NCBI GenBank assembly: GCA_002796025.1
Contig: PCVQ01000003.1
Span: 2,238-66,237, forward strand
Direction of reading: 5' to 3'
Length of the DNA: 64,000 bases
Source of the DNA: Candidatus Peregrinibacteria bacterium CG11_big_fil_rev_8_21_14_0_20_46_8
GTDB lineage: Bacteria > Patescibacteriota > Gracilibacteria > UBA1369 > UM-FILTER-53-11
The notes under the pieces are model-generated. The model worked only from the letters and a program-made list of their open reading frames with translations, was not told the DNA's origin and did not search any database. Positions 25,203 through 35,208 of this stretch are shown in pieces (the first letter of the stretch is position 1; each line of letters opens with the position of its first letter). The translations under genes and the position numbers were made by a program.

Positions 25203-27422
25203 CTATTTTGTGTCAATCTTCCTGGAATCAAGCTGTTGCAGGAATGCGTCGATATCTTCCGCATGTTCAGGGTCCAGTTCGCGGGCGCGAAGTGCATGAG
25301 TTCGTGCAAGTTGGAGCTGGCCGTCTTTTCCATATAGAAAAGCTAGATTTGCCCAATAATTTGCATTTTCGGGCTCTGCTCCAATAGCAGTTTGATAGAT
25401 GCGGATTGCATAGGGGAGGCCTTCACTCACTTCACTGAGCAGATTTGCCACAATCACATTTTCCCTATTAAAAATTTCAATGTTGTAGCCCATTTTTAAT
25501 GCAGCTAAAAATGATTGCCGTGCTTCATCGGTGCGCCCGTGATTAAACAGAATTTGGCCTTTTAACCAATGCGGTGCAGAAAGTTCCGGTTGCAATGCTA
25601 TAAGTTTATCAGTGATACCTAGCGCAAGATCTACATCTCCAAACTTCGAATTGAGTTCAGCAAGATGGATAAGTACATATTGTCTATTTGGAGAGAGGGG
25701 AAGGAAGGCCTCCCAGTATTTAATAACCGGCTCTGCCTCAATGTTGTTGCGGAATGCCCGGTCTTTAAGAATGACACCTATCCTGTGTTGTAACCGAATA
25801 TCCGTCTGATGTTTTGAGCTGATATCGAACATGTGTGGTATTAAAAAGTTCTCAAATTTCACAATTCTCGGATGTTGCCTTGTTATTTGAGCAGCTGCAT
25901 GCGCATCGGCTGCGATTACCGAGTAAAATCCAGCTTTGATAGGGAGATAGTCGGGAATGCTCGCTTCTAAAGCTTCTATTTCTTGAATAAAAGGTTCATA
26001 GTGATAGGGGAGAAAAAAGAGAGAGTTCCCGCCATGATAACTTGCCTTAATCGGTTGAATCGTGAAGAAAAACGTTGTAACTGCAAGTGTGCCGATAGCG
26101 AGACTGTTGGTGAAAATGGGCTTTGTTTTTTTTGCCGATTGCGGCACGAGATGCGCGTAATAAATGCCAAGAAGCCCAAGTGCCATATAGAAAGGCAGGA
26201 GAGTTCCCGAGGAATCAAAGCTGAAAAAAACTTGGATAAGATAAACAATAAAGAATATTCCCATCAAAAAAGCGAACTCGCGCGTTTCCTTGTGTAACCA
26301 AACTTTTCTGACTGCATAGCAGAACGCGGCGAGAAGGATAAGATATCCGGCAAGTCCTACAATGCCAGACACTGCGAGAATATGAAGAAAGTTATTATGA
26401 ATACGATCGGTCCAGACTTCGGCATTTTGTTCTGTTGGGAACTGCGGATCGTAATGTTTTTCAAAAGCGAAGCCAATATTTTCGTGACCCCAACCGAAGA
26501 GGGGACGCTCTTTGAATGCATTCCATCCAACGCGTGCTAAGACGATGCGGGTAGAATTGCTATCGTCATTAAAAGTTGTATTAGCAAATTTATAGAGAAT
26601 AGGCCGGCTTTCAACAAAGTGGGTGTCGCGATTGATAATGAGTGTTGCTGCGAGTATACCAATGAGTGCAGCGGCTCCTAAACTTGCAAGCCGCACTCTG
26701 CGGTTTTTTAGCGCAAACGGCGCGATATAGAGAGCTGATGCAACGAGTATGCCAAGAAGCGCTGCACGGCTGCCCAGGCGCAGCACTACAATACTTTGCA
26801 GGAGTATATATCCGATAATCCAAAGTCGTGTCGTACGTTTTTTAGATTGCAATAGAAGCCAGAACGCAAGAGGCATGAGAACTGCTAAATAGTTACCGAA
26901 AAAGCTCGAATTGCCAAAAGGGACTCGGACTGATTCAAAGCGAATATCGATATTATGATTAAAAAGATCGAAAATTGTTACAAGATAGCGGAAGCTTGCA
27001 AGTGTTGCGATGATAAGGGTGAAGCCAATAATGCGTTTCACATCATCTTTGCTGCGGAATAATCCCACAAGAGTCATGAAGAAAAGATAGTAGTGCAGCA
27101 AATTAAAGACACCAAGCATACGATCAGCTGAGCCGATAAAGCTGTTAAGCGGTGCAATTGAGCCGATGAGCGTAAGGCCTTGTATTACAAGATACAAGGT
27201 GGTTGCTCCAATAAGAAGATTCCAGCGTGGACGGTACTGTGGATTGAGAATATTCAGAAAGAGATAGGCGATAGTTGCCGCTATAGTTGCAAGTTGAAAA
27301 AGATAGATTTGCGGCGCCTGATACGGAAAGAGCATCTTGATGTACCAAACCAACGGCGAGGCGATGGCAAGGTAAATAAAGAAGCGTCCGAGTTTAAAGA
27401 GAATGCGTTCGTGTCTGTGCAT
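25203..27422 (-). CDS. O-antigen ligase-like (Wzy_C-type) polytopic membrane protein with a C-terminal TPR domain
   Basis: About 12 TM helices over the first ~450 aa, then TPR repeats (ANYWANLAFLYGKDGQLQLARTHALRARELDPE). Confidence 0.75.
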   Translation of the reverse strand: MHRHERILFKLGRFFIYLAIASPLVWYIKMLFPYQAPQIYLFQLATIAATIAYLFLNILNPQYRPRWNLLIGATTLYLVIQGLTLIGSIAPLNSFIGSADRMLGVFNLLHYYLFFMTLVGLFRSKDDVKRIIGFTLIIATLASFRYLVTIFDLFNHNIDIRFESVRVPFGNSSFFGNYLAVLMPLAFWLLLQSKKRTTRLWIIGYILLQSIVVLRLGSRAALLGILVASALYIAPFALKNRRVRLASLGAAALIGILAATLIINRDTHFVESRPILYKFANTTFNDDSNSTRIVLARVGWNAFKERPLFGWGHENIGFAFEKHYDPQFPTEQNAEVWTDRIHNNFLHILAVSGIVGLAGYLILLAAFCYAVRKVWLHKETREFAFLMGIFFIVYLIQVFFSFDSSGTLLPFYMALGLLGIYYAHLVPQSAKKTKPIFTNSLAIGTLAVTTFFFTIQPIKASYHGGNSLFFLPYHYEPFIQEIEALEASIPDYLPIKAGFYSVIAADAHAAAQITRQHPRIVKFENFLIPHMFDISSKHQTDIRLQHRIGVILKDRAFRNNIEAEPVIKYWEAFLPLSPNRQYVLIHLAELNSKFGDVDLALGITDKLIALQPELSAPHWLKGQILFNHGRTDEARQSFLAALKMGYNIEIFNRENVIVANLLSEVSEGLPYAIRIYQTAIGAEPENANYWANLAFLYGKDGQLQLARTHALRARELDPEHAEDIDAFLQQLDSRKIDTK

Positions 27423-27446
27423 AAGCTCGATGATTATACACTATTC

Positions 27447-28700
27447 TTACGTTCCTTCACGCCAGCTTTCGGCATATTTCTTTTGCTCCTTGGTTGCTGT
27501 ATCGATTTTGATACCCATATGGCGGAGTTGCAGAGTCGCAATTTCGGCATCAACATTTTTAGGAAGCTCGTATACCTTAGGTTCGAGCGTTTTCGCATTC
27601 TTTACAATCCATTCGCAGGCAAGAGCTTGGCCGCAAAAGGAGAGTGACATTACTTCTGAGGGATGTCCTTCTGCTGCTGCAAGATTAACGAGCCGGCCGT
27701 CACTAAGAAGATAGATTTTGCGCGAGCTTTTAAGTGTGTATTCGACAGTGTGCGGACGAACCTCTTTCTTTTTTGTTGAAAGTTTTGCAAGGCCTTCTGC
27801 ATTAATCTCGCAGTTAAAGTGGCCACAGTTGCTGAGAATGGCACCATTTTTCATCTGCTTCATGTGCGGTATGTCGATAATGTGTTTGCCACCGGTTGCA
27901 GTTACAAAAATGTCGCCATGCTTTGCTGCTTGGAGCATCGGCATTACCTGATAGCCGTCCATTGCCGCTTGGAGTGCCCGTACTGCATCGATCTCAGTTA
28001 CGATAACTTTCGCACCCATCCCTCGCGCTCGCAGTGCAACACCGCGGCCGCAGTAACCGTATCCGGCAACTACTACAGTTTTTCCTGCAAAGAGAATATT
28101 TGTTGCGCGAAGAATACCATCGATGGTTGATTGCCCGGTGCCGTAAAAGTTATCGAAAAGATGTTTTGTTTGGTTGCTGTTTACTGCAACCATTGGATAT
28201 TTAAGAGCATTATCCGCCTCCATGGCAATAAGACGATTGATACCGGTTGTGGTCTCTTCGCAGCCTCCGAGAATATTCGGTATGAGCTGTGCATGCTTTA
28301 GATGTATTTCGCTCACAAGATCGCAGCCGTCATCGATGGTAATGTGAGGTTTATGATCGATAACTGCGCGGATAAATTTATAGTAGTCGGCTTTGGTTTC
28401 GCCTTTGTATGCGTAGGTCGGGATTCCTTTTTTTGCAAGATATGCGGCAACATCATCTTGTGTAGAGAGAGGATTGCAGCTCGCAATAACAACCTTTGCT
28501 CCGCCGGCAATGAGTGTTTCTACAAGCACTCCGGTCTCTTTGGTTACGTGGAGCGCCATGCCAATGGTGAGGCCTTTGAACGGTTTTTGTTTGGCAAAGC
28601 GTTTTCGCACCTCTAAGAGTGCACCCATATGCGCTTCGGCAAATTCGATCTTTTTTGCGCCTTGAGAGGCAAGTTTAATATCCTTTACAGCGTAGTGCAT
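27447..28700 (-). CDS. ahcY: adenosylhomocysteinase
   Basis: 417 aa. NAD site VVAGYGYCGRGVA, plus DDGCDL and HFNCEI motifs. Confidence 0.96.
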   Translation of the reverse strand: MHYAVKDIKLASQGAKKIEFAEAHMGALLEVRKRFAKQKPFKGLTIGMALHVTKETGVLVETLIAGGAKVVIASCNPLSTQDDVAAYLAKKGIPTYAYKGETKADYYKFIRAVIDHKPHITIDDGCDLVSEIHLKHAQLIPNILGGCEETTTGINRLIAMEADNALKYPMVAVNSNQTKHLFDNFYGTGQSTIDGILRATNILFAGKTVVVAGYGYCGRGVALRARGMGAKVIVTEIDAVRALQAAMDGYQVMPMLQAAKHGDIFVTATGGKHIIDIPHMKQMKNGAILSNCGHFNCEINAEGLAKLSTKKKEVRPHTVEYTLKSSRKIYLLSDGRLVNLAAAEGHPSEVMSLSFCGQALACEWIVKNAKTLEPKVYELPKNVDAEIATLQLRHMGIKIDTATKEQKKYAESWREGT

Positions 28701-28711
28701 TTTGAAAAAAA

Positions 28712-29872
28712 TTATGCATTGCTCGGAAAGAGCTTTTTAAGTACTGCCGCTTTATCCGTATGTTCCCAGGTGAAATCTTTGTCATTGCGGCCGAAATGCC
28801 CGTAGGCCGCGGTCTTTTTGTAGATAGGACGCTTGAGTTTGAGTTTTTGGATGATATCGGCCGGTTTTACCGGGAAGATTTTGGGCACGGCTTTTGCAAC
28901 AGCTTCTTCTGCGACGCGTCCGGTATCGAAAAAGTTAATCGAGATTGAGACGGGTTCGGCAACACCGATTGAGTATGCAAGTTGCACCTGGCATTTATCT
29001 GCTAATCCTGCGGCAACTATGTTCTTTGCAATGTAGCGCGCGGCATATGTCGCGGATCGGTCAACCTTTGAGGGATCTTTTCCGCTAAAACATCCACCTC
29101 CATGCGGTGCATATCCGCCATAGGTATCTACAATAATTTTACGTCCGGTGAGACCGGTATCTGCTTCTGGTCCGCCGACTACAAAAATTCCAGTTTCATT
29201 TACAAAGATTTTTGTGCGGTCGTCGATCATTTTTTTACAGATCGGGTTGATGACATGCTCGATAATATCTTTGCGTACCTTTGCAGGTTTAGTCTCGGGA
29301 TTATGATGGACTGCAATAACAACCGCATCTATCCGGTGCGGTTTGCCGTCTTTGTACTCAACCGTAACTTGTGATTTTCCGTCAGGCCGTACCCAGGGAA
29401 GAATCTTTTTTTTGCGCACTTCAGAGAGCCGCATGGTCAATTTATGTGCGAGCATAATTGGCAGAGGCATGAGCTCAGGTGTTTCATTGCACGCAAAGCC
29501 GAACATTAAGCCTTGGTCGCCTGCGCCTTGCTCGCGGTCTTTACTTTCATTTACTCCAACTGCAATATTTTGACTCTGTTCATGGACGGTATTGAGTACT
29601 GCACAATCGTAACAATCCAAACCATATTCCGGATCGGTATAGCCGATCTCTTTTATGGTATCTCGCACAATTTGTGGAATATCTACGTATGTTTTTGTCG
29701 AAATTTCTCCGGCTACCAACATCATGCCGGTTGTTGTTAAGCACTCTACGGCAACGCGTGCGTTTTTATCTTTTGTAAGAATCGCATCAAGAATTGCGTC
29801 CGAAGCTTGATCGCAGATTTTATCGGGATGGCCTTCGGTAACTGATTCAGAAGTGAAGAGAAAATTTTGCAT
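28712..29872 (-). CDS. metK: S-adenosylmethionine synthetase
   Basis: [24 protein letters not shown] and [16 protein letters not shown] motifs. Start placed at the MQNFLF Met; the ORF track extends 13 codons further to 29911. Confidence 0.96.
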   Translation of the reverse strand: MQNFLFTSESVTEGHPDKICDQASDAILDAILTKDKNARVAVECLTTTGMMLVAGEISTKTYVDIPQIVRDTIKEIGYTDPEYGLDCYDCAVLNTVHEQSQNIAVGVNESKDREQGAGDQGLMFGFACNETPELMPLPIMLAHKLTMRLSEVRKKKILPWVRPDGKSQVTVEYKDGKPHRIDAVVIAVHHNPETKPAKVRKDIIEHVINPICKKMIDDRTKIFVNETGIFVVGGPEADTGLTGRKIIVDTYGGYAPHGGGCFSGKDPSKVDRSATYAARYIAKNIVAAGLADKCQVQLAYSIGVAEPVSISINFFDTGRVAEEAVAKAVPKIFPVKPADIIQKLKLKRPIYKKTAAYGHFGRNDKDFTWEHTDKAAVLKKLFPSNA

Positions 29873-29941
29873 AACAGGCAGCAATATACCTAAAAAAGCG
29901 AGCATTGGCAAACCGCTTGTTTAAGGGCACAATAAGATCGT

Positions 29942-30931
29942 ATGTTGAGTTGCGTCATCATTAATTATAGAAGTAAAAATTTGTTGGGTGGTTGTATTGA
30001 GTCACTCATGGCGCTGGAAAATGTGGAGCATGAGATAGTTGTTTTGGATAATGCATCGGGCGATGGCTCTGTTGAATTTGTGCGTGAGCATTTTTCGAAT
30101 GTGTGCGTGATTGCCAATAGTGAGAACCGTGGATATGCGGGTGGTGCGAATGATGCAATCCGTGCAACACGTGGTGAGTATGTGATGTTGCTGAATCCTG
30201 ATATTCGATTGTCGCCGGATTATGCCCAGAAATTATTGGCGCGTATGTCATATGCAAAAGATATCGGTGCAATGCAGGGGAAGCTATTGCAGTGGGATTT
30301 TGAAAAAAACGAGGCAACCGGATTTATTGATTCGGCAGGTTTGCAGATGTTTAAAAATCGCCGCTGTGTCGACAGGGGACAGGGAGAAGAAGATATTGGC
30401 CAGTATGAGCGGGCTGGTGAAGTTTTTGGAGTTACCGGTGCTTGTCCGCTCTATAGGCGCGAAGCTTTGGAAGATGTGCTGATTGATGGAGAGTACTTTG
30501 ATGAATCTTTTTTTATGTATAAAGAGGATGTGGATTTGAGCTGGCGTTTGCGCTTATTTGGCTGGCTCTGTTTTTACGATCCTGAGGCGATTGGATATCA
30601 TGGGCGCGGGACAGGTGCCGTATTGCGGCGTGGTGCGATGGAGGTTGCGAAAAAGCGGGGCGGCTTATCTGAATTTCAGCGTTCGCTCTCGTATACAAAT
30701 GAACGTTTGATGCGTGTTAAAAATGAATTGACGGGACTTTTTTTGCGTCATGCACTGCATATTTTGTGGAAGGAGTTTTTGATGACCGGATGGATAATTT
30801 TGCGCGAACGCTTTTTATTCGCCGCATTTAAAGATTTTTTGAAAAAGTATGCCCAGGCGCGCAAACGCCGCAGTATCATTATGCGGCAAAAGAGAGTGGC
30901 GAGCAGTGAGATCGTGCGGTGGTTTGAATAG
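29942..30931 (+). CDS. family 2 glycosyltransferase
   Basis: VIINYRS...VLDNASGDGS...NRGYAGGAN...LNPD pattern of GT2 (rhamnosyltransferase-like) enzymes. Confidence 0.88.
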   Translation: MLSCVIINYRSKNLLGGCIESLMALENVEHEIVVLDNASGDGSVEFVREHFSNVCVIANSENRGYAGGANDAIRATRGEYVMLLNPDIRLSPDYAQKLLARMSYAKDIGAMQGKLLQWDFEKNEATGFIDSAGLQMFKNRRCVDRGQGEEDIGQYERAGEVFGVTGACPLYRREALEDVLIDGEYFDESFFMYKEDVDLSWRLRLFGWLCFYDPEAIGYHGRGTGAVLRRGAMEVAKKRGGLSEFQRSLSYTNERLMRVKNELTGLFLRHALHILWKEFLMTGWIILRERFLFAAFKDFLKKYAQARKRRSIIMRQKRVASSEIVRWFE

Positions 30932-30954
30932 CTTGTTTTTGTCGAACGTCCGTT

Positions 30955-31617
30955 CTATCGCAGCATAATGGCCGTACCAAAGCGCCCGCAATTTTTGTCT
31001 CGCCGGTGTGACCAGAACAATTTATTAGTATCATGATCGCATGAGGTGCAGATGCGCGGATTTTCAATTTGTTCGATGCCTTGCTCGCGCAGCTGCCACT
31101 CCACTACTGCCCATAAATCTACAATATTATTTTCGCGAATAAACGGATGCATGTGTTGCGGCAGCTCTGTATATGGATCACTAAAAGAGCTGCAGCAGTT
31201 GCCAACCATGGGACTGATTGCGGCGAGAAGATTGTTGGGCTGGATATTGAATCTGGTGTGCATGCGCTCTGCAGTTGCTGCAATAATTCTCTTTACCATG
31301 CCTCTCCAGCCGGCATGGATATTGGCTGCCGTGTGAGTTACGGGGTCATATAAGAGTATGCTTGCGCAGTCCGCAATCCTTATTGCAATGGGAATATTTG
31401 GTAGTTGAGTAATCAATGCATCACCACCAAGCGGAATGCCTTGATTTTCAACAATATGTACGATTGCGCTGTGCAGCTGGTTTTCAAATGATATTGCAGG
31501 ATGTGCGCTTCCGAGCCCTTTTCCAATTTCATTGCGGTTATCGATGTCTGTTGTACGCCCAAAGACGCGATGCCGGAGCCGCTCTGTATATGGAGCAAAT
31601 ATTTTAAATTCAATCAT
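30955..31617 (-). CDS. pgeF: YfiH/PgeF-family (DUF152) purine nucleoside phosphorylase / polyphenol oxidase-like protein
   Basis: ADCASILLYD, HAGWRG and C-terminal C..C...FWSHRRD motifs. Confidence 0.88.
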   Translation of the reverse strand: MIEFKIFAPYTERLRHRVFGRTTDIDNRNEIGKGLGSAHPAISFENQLHSAIVHIVENQGIPLGGDALITQLPNIPIAIRIADCASILLYDPVTHTAANIHAGWRGMVKRIIAATAERMHTRFNIQPNNLLAAISPMVGNCCSSFSDPYTELPQHMHPFIRENNIVDLWAVVEWQLREQGIEQIENPRICTSCDHDTNKLFWSHRRDKNCGRFGTAIMLR

Positions 31618-32459
31618 AGTTTTGCAGTGGTGTACGGAATTTCTAGGGCTACATCCGTTGCCGTAAAGCCGAATCCTTTTTGCTTATAAAGAGTGTCGCC
31701 GGCTGTGCCGAGGATGAATGCTGCAATTTCACACGCTTCAAATGCAGCTATTTTTTGTGCGAGCAAACTTGCGATTAATCCTGCAAGAGTATCGCCTGTT
31801 CCACCGACGGTTAATCCGGCATTGCCTGTTGTATTGATTGAGGTGTTGCCATTTGCGCCTGCAACAATGTCGGTTGGACCTTTAAGCAGGATGGTTATTC
31901 CTGAATCATTAGCATAAGAGCTCACCGCTTTTGCTCCAATCTCTATATCGGTGTTGAGCACTGTTCCGGTTAATTTTTGAAATTCACCGCGATGCGGAGT
32001 AATGGTGATATTGAGCTCCCGCTTTTGCTGCATAATTATCAAAGCCGCTATAGCATCAGCATCTAAAACAGCCGGACGCTGAGAGCGCTCAACAATTTGA
32101 GCGACAGTACGTATCGTTTCTTCATGATCTCCAAGGCCGGGTCCCAGCAGTGTGGAATCACACTTTTCTGTTATTTTTAATGCAGTATCAAGTGCACGGC
32201 TATTCAAGAAGTTTCCGGCATATTTGTGCACAATAAAATCAGGATAATAGCTTCGTGATATCTCGAAATTGCATTCCGGAACCAGGAGATGTACAAGATC
32301 GGCTCCACCTCCGAGCGCGGCGAGTCCGGCAAGAATCGGTGCGCCGTAATAGTCGATTGAACCCCCAATAATGAGTACGCGACCATTTTGACCTTTATGC
32401 GACTCGGTGTGACGTTTTGGCAAAATAGCACGTATCTCTTTTTTGGTAATCTTCTCCAT
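31614..32459 (-). CDS. nnrD: ADP-dependent NAD(P)H-hydrate dehydratase
   Basis: KGQNGRVLIIGGS..YYGAPILAGLAALGGGADLV and GTGDTLAGLIASLLAQ motifs. There is a 4-nt overlap with the downstream gene. Confidence 0.9.
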   Translation of the reverse strand: MEKITKKEIRAILPKRHTESHKGQNGRVLIIGGSIDYYGAPILAGLAALGGGADLVHLLVPECNFEISRSYYPDFIVHKYAGNFLNSRALDTALKITEKCDSTLLGPGLGDHEETIRTVAQIVERSQRPAVLDADAIAALIIMQQKRELNITITPHRGEFQKLTGTVLNTDIEIGAKAVSSYANDSGITILLKGPTDIVAGANGNTSINTTGNAGLTVGGTGDTLAGLIASLLAQKIAAFEACEIAAFILGTAGDTLYKQKGFGFTATDVALEIPYTTAKL

Positions 32460-32525
32460 AGGTCTTAGTGTAGCCCATTTTATAGCTTCGACAAGTTCGT
32501 TGCCGCGCGCTATACTACAGACTCA

Positions 32526-33779
32526 ATGGCCCAATTGATTATTCAAGGTGGCAAGAAGCTCAATGGTACGGTGCGCATTAGCGGTTCCAAGAATGCTGCA
32601 CTGCCTATTTTGGCGGCTTCACTTTTAACGGATCGTCCATGTGAGATTCGAAATGTGCCAAATATTGGAGATGTGCATACCATGCTTTCGATTCTTCGTT
32701 CACTAGGAAGCGAGTTGGAATTTCACCGTAATGTGGTTCGGATTCAAACAAAGCAAATAGATGTTTCTAGATTGCCGCGCGATTTATGTATGAAGATGCG
32801 TGCATCGATTTTGTTGCTTGCGCCGCTCTTAGCACGTTGCGGCAAGGTTGATTTGCCCTATCCCGGCGGCTGCGTTTTGGGCAAGCGTTCGGCTTACTCA
32901 CATGTGTCTGTTTTAGAAACCTTTGGCGCCAAGCAGAAAAATAAAGCTGATTCACTCGCTTTTTCCGGAAAGTTTTCTGCAACACATATGACCATGCCGG
33001 AATTTAGCGTGACCGCCACAGAAAATGCGATTATGGCAGCAGTAGCTGCGCCCGGTAAAACAATGTTGCACCTTGCGGCAACCGAGCCGCACGTGCGCGA
33101 CCTCTGTGATTTTTTGGTTGCACTTGGTGCTAAGATAGAGGGGATTGGAACTCACCGTCTCACAATTTTTGGCGGCAAAAAATTGCACGGCGGTCAGCAC
33201 GCGGTTACCGGAGATTATCTCGAAGCTGGAACTCTCTTGCTCGCGGGTGCACTTACGCGCGGAACTGTTACAATTACAAATATTGTTGCCGATGACCTGG
33301 ATGCTTTTGTTTATTTAATGCGCGATATGGGGGTACCGATAGTCCGGACAAAGAGCAGTATCACCGTAAAGCCGTATAAGAAATTAGAAGCTGCGCGCCG
33401 TCTCCAGACAAATGTTTTCCCCGGTTTTCCGACCGATTTGCAGCCGCCATTTTGTATTTTGCTGACACAGGCTGCAGGCGATTCGCTTATTCATGAAACG
33501 CTCTTTGAAGGGCGCTTTAAATATTTTGGTGAGCTGGAAAAAATGGGTGCAAAAATCAAGGTGCTCAATCCGCATCAAGCAGTGGTTACCGGTCCTAAAA
33601 AATTGAAAGGCAAAGAAGTGAAGAGCTGGGATTTGCGCGCTGGTGCGGCAATGGTTTTGGCCGGGCTCGTTGCAAACGGTACAACCAAAGTAACCGATAT
33701 TGCTTATATCGATAGGGGATACGAGAAATTTGAAGAAAAGTTGCGCGCCCTCGGTGCAGATATTGTGCGTGAGAATTAA
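32526..33779 (+). CDS. murA: UDP-N-acetylglucosamine 1-carboxyvinyltransferase
   Basis: ISGSKNAALPILAASLL, the active-site GGCVLGKR loop, and a C-terminal IDRGYE..EEKLRALGA. Confidence 0.96.
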   Translation: MAQLIIQGGKKLNGTVRISGSKNAALPILAASLLTDRPCEIRNVPNIGDVHTMLSILRSLGSELEFHRNVVRIQTKQIDVSRLPRDLCMKMRASILLLAPLLARCGKVDLPYPGGCVLGKRSAYSHVSVLETFGAKQKNKADSLAFSGKFSATHMTMPEFSVTATENAIMAAVAAPGKTMLHLAATEPHVRDLCDFLVALGAKIEGIGTHRLTIFGGKKLHGGQHAVTGDYLEAGTLLLAGALTRGTVTITNIVADDLDAFVYLMRDMGVPIVRTKSSITVKPYKKLEAARRLQTNVFPGFPTDLQPPFCILLTQAAGDSLIHETLFEGRFKYFGELEKMGAKIKVLNPHQAVVTGPKKLKGKEVKSWDLRAGAAMVLAGLVANGTTKVTDIAYIDRGYEKFEEKLRALGADIVREN

Positions 33780-34093
33780 TTGATTGGAATTTCAAGCTTC
33801 TTGCAGATAAGTAGCAGTACTTTCTCAATGCGATCCATACGTTCCTCAATGCGATCCATACGTTCTTGCAAGATGCCTATTGCATGAGCATTAAGTTCAA
33901 CTTGAGCAAGAATCGCTTCTTGTCTTCTTTCCATTCGTCGCAATTGTCCGGCTTGTGCAATTTGTTCTTTTTCAATTTTATTACAGAGTCTCGCAACTAA
34001 TTCGATATTGTCGAAGGATTCTTTTTTAGCTTTTTGTAGAGAACTTTGAAGCATTAGGAGGTCTTCTTGGAGTGCAAAATTGGGAGTTGCCAT
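33776..34093 (-). CDS. coiled-coil protein, 105 aa, unknown function
   Basis: Heptad-rich sequence containing the duplicated ERMDRIE unit. Confidence 0.6.
   Translation of the reverse strand: MATPNFALQEDLLMLQSSLQKAKKESFDNIELVARLCNKIEKEQIAQAGQLRRMERRQEAILAQVELNAHAIGILQERMDRIEERMDRIEKVLLLICKKLEIPIN
33824..33865. repeat. perfect 21-bp tandem duplication (2 copies) inside the coiled-coil gene
   Basis: CTCAATGCGATCCATACGTTC at 33824-33844 is repeated exactly at 33845-33865. It is in frame and encodes ERMDRIE twice. Confidence 0.97.
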
Positions 34094-34267
34094 AGGATGA
34101 GAGTTATAAATACAGCTCTTATCTATAGCAGAGTGAGATTACAAAACGATGACAAAAATCGGACAAATTTATGAACGCGATTTCTGTTTCCTAAAAATAT
34201 AGGAAAGGATTTTTAGTGCCAAGTATTCCGTCTTGCACGATCGCTTGAAGCTTCTCTCTAATTGATT

Positions 34268-35107
34268 TTACTTGATTGTATAATCAGTTGGAGACACAAT
34301 AATTTCGATGCGTCCATTGATGTCGGTACGGTGTATTGCTACTCCCATCTTTGTAAATCGCTCTAAAACTTCTGGATGTGGGTGGCCAAATTTATTGTCG
34401 CGGCCGGCCGATATCAGTGCGATTTTGGGCTGGATTTTATCTAACATTGGTTGGATTGAACTTGAGCGGCTCCCATGATGTGCAACTTTTAAAATATCAG
34501 CACGAATATCAACTCCAGCTGCAACAATCTCGCTTTCAGTCTCTTTTTCAATGTCGCCGGTAAAGAGCGCACGTGTCTCTCCATATTCCAGCATGAAAAC
34601 AATCGAGGTATTGTTGAGTGCATCTTTCTGATTGAGTGGCAGTTTGAAAGGATAGAGAAGATCGAGCTTTACGCCGTCATCCAGTAGAATATCTTTTGAA
34701 TCGTCCGCAAGAATGATTGGAATATCATATTCACGAATTGCGCTCAGTAACCCGCGCACTAAAAAATTATCGCGCACTGCGCCGTTCATATAAAATTTTT
34801 CGATCTTCACTCGCCGTGCAACATGAATTAATCCTTCTATATGGTCGCGGTCCGGATGGCTTAAGATTGCATAATCAATAGTGCGGTCAAAGTAGGGAAG
34901 TACTGCGCCAAGCTCTTGCATTATTGATGAGCCGGCACTGCCATCATTTAAAATATTTGTGCCATTCGGTGTGCGAATTAAAATGGCATCGCCCTGGCCA
35001 ACATTCAAAATATAGATATGTAGCAAGCCATCCGGCTGTGCCTCCCAAATAAAATAGGCAAATGAGCTCGCAACGATAAGCAAAAAAGCAGCAAATTTTT
35101 CACGCAT
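34268..35107 (-). CDS. ComEC/Rec2-related metallo-beta-lactamase domain protein (stand-alone)
   Basis: N-terminal TM helix, then LNVGQGDAILI, HPDRDHIEGL and VAHHGS motifs. Confidence 0.85.
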   Translation of the reverse strand: MREKFAAFLLIVASSFAYFIWEAQPDGLLHIYILNVGQGDAILIRTPNGTNILNDGSAGSSIMQELGAVLPYFDRTIDYAILSHPDRDHIEGLIHVARRVKIEKFYMNGAVRDNFLVRGLLSAIREYDIPIILADDSKDILLDDGVKLDLLYPFKLPLNQKDALNNTSIVFMLEYGETRALFTGDIEKETESEIVAAGVDIRADILKVAHHGSRSSSIQPMLDKIQPKIALISAGRDNKFGHPHPEVLERFTKMGVAIHRTDINGRIEIIVSPTDYTIK

Positions 35108-35208
35108 AACGGCTTGTATAGCATATTGAGATGAACAAAAGATGAACGCGAAACGTTCGCGCTCGCAAAAGGCCCTGTTCGGCGTAACCGAGCAGGGCCT
35201 CTCAAAAA

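Noticed and set aside
29873-29941. SAM riboswitch upstream of metK
   Set aside because: Only about 70 nt separate metK from the divergent GT2 gene. That is too short for a SAM-I/II aptamer, and no conserved SAM-box stems are visible.
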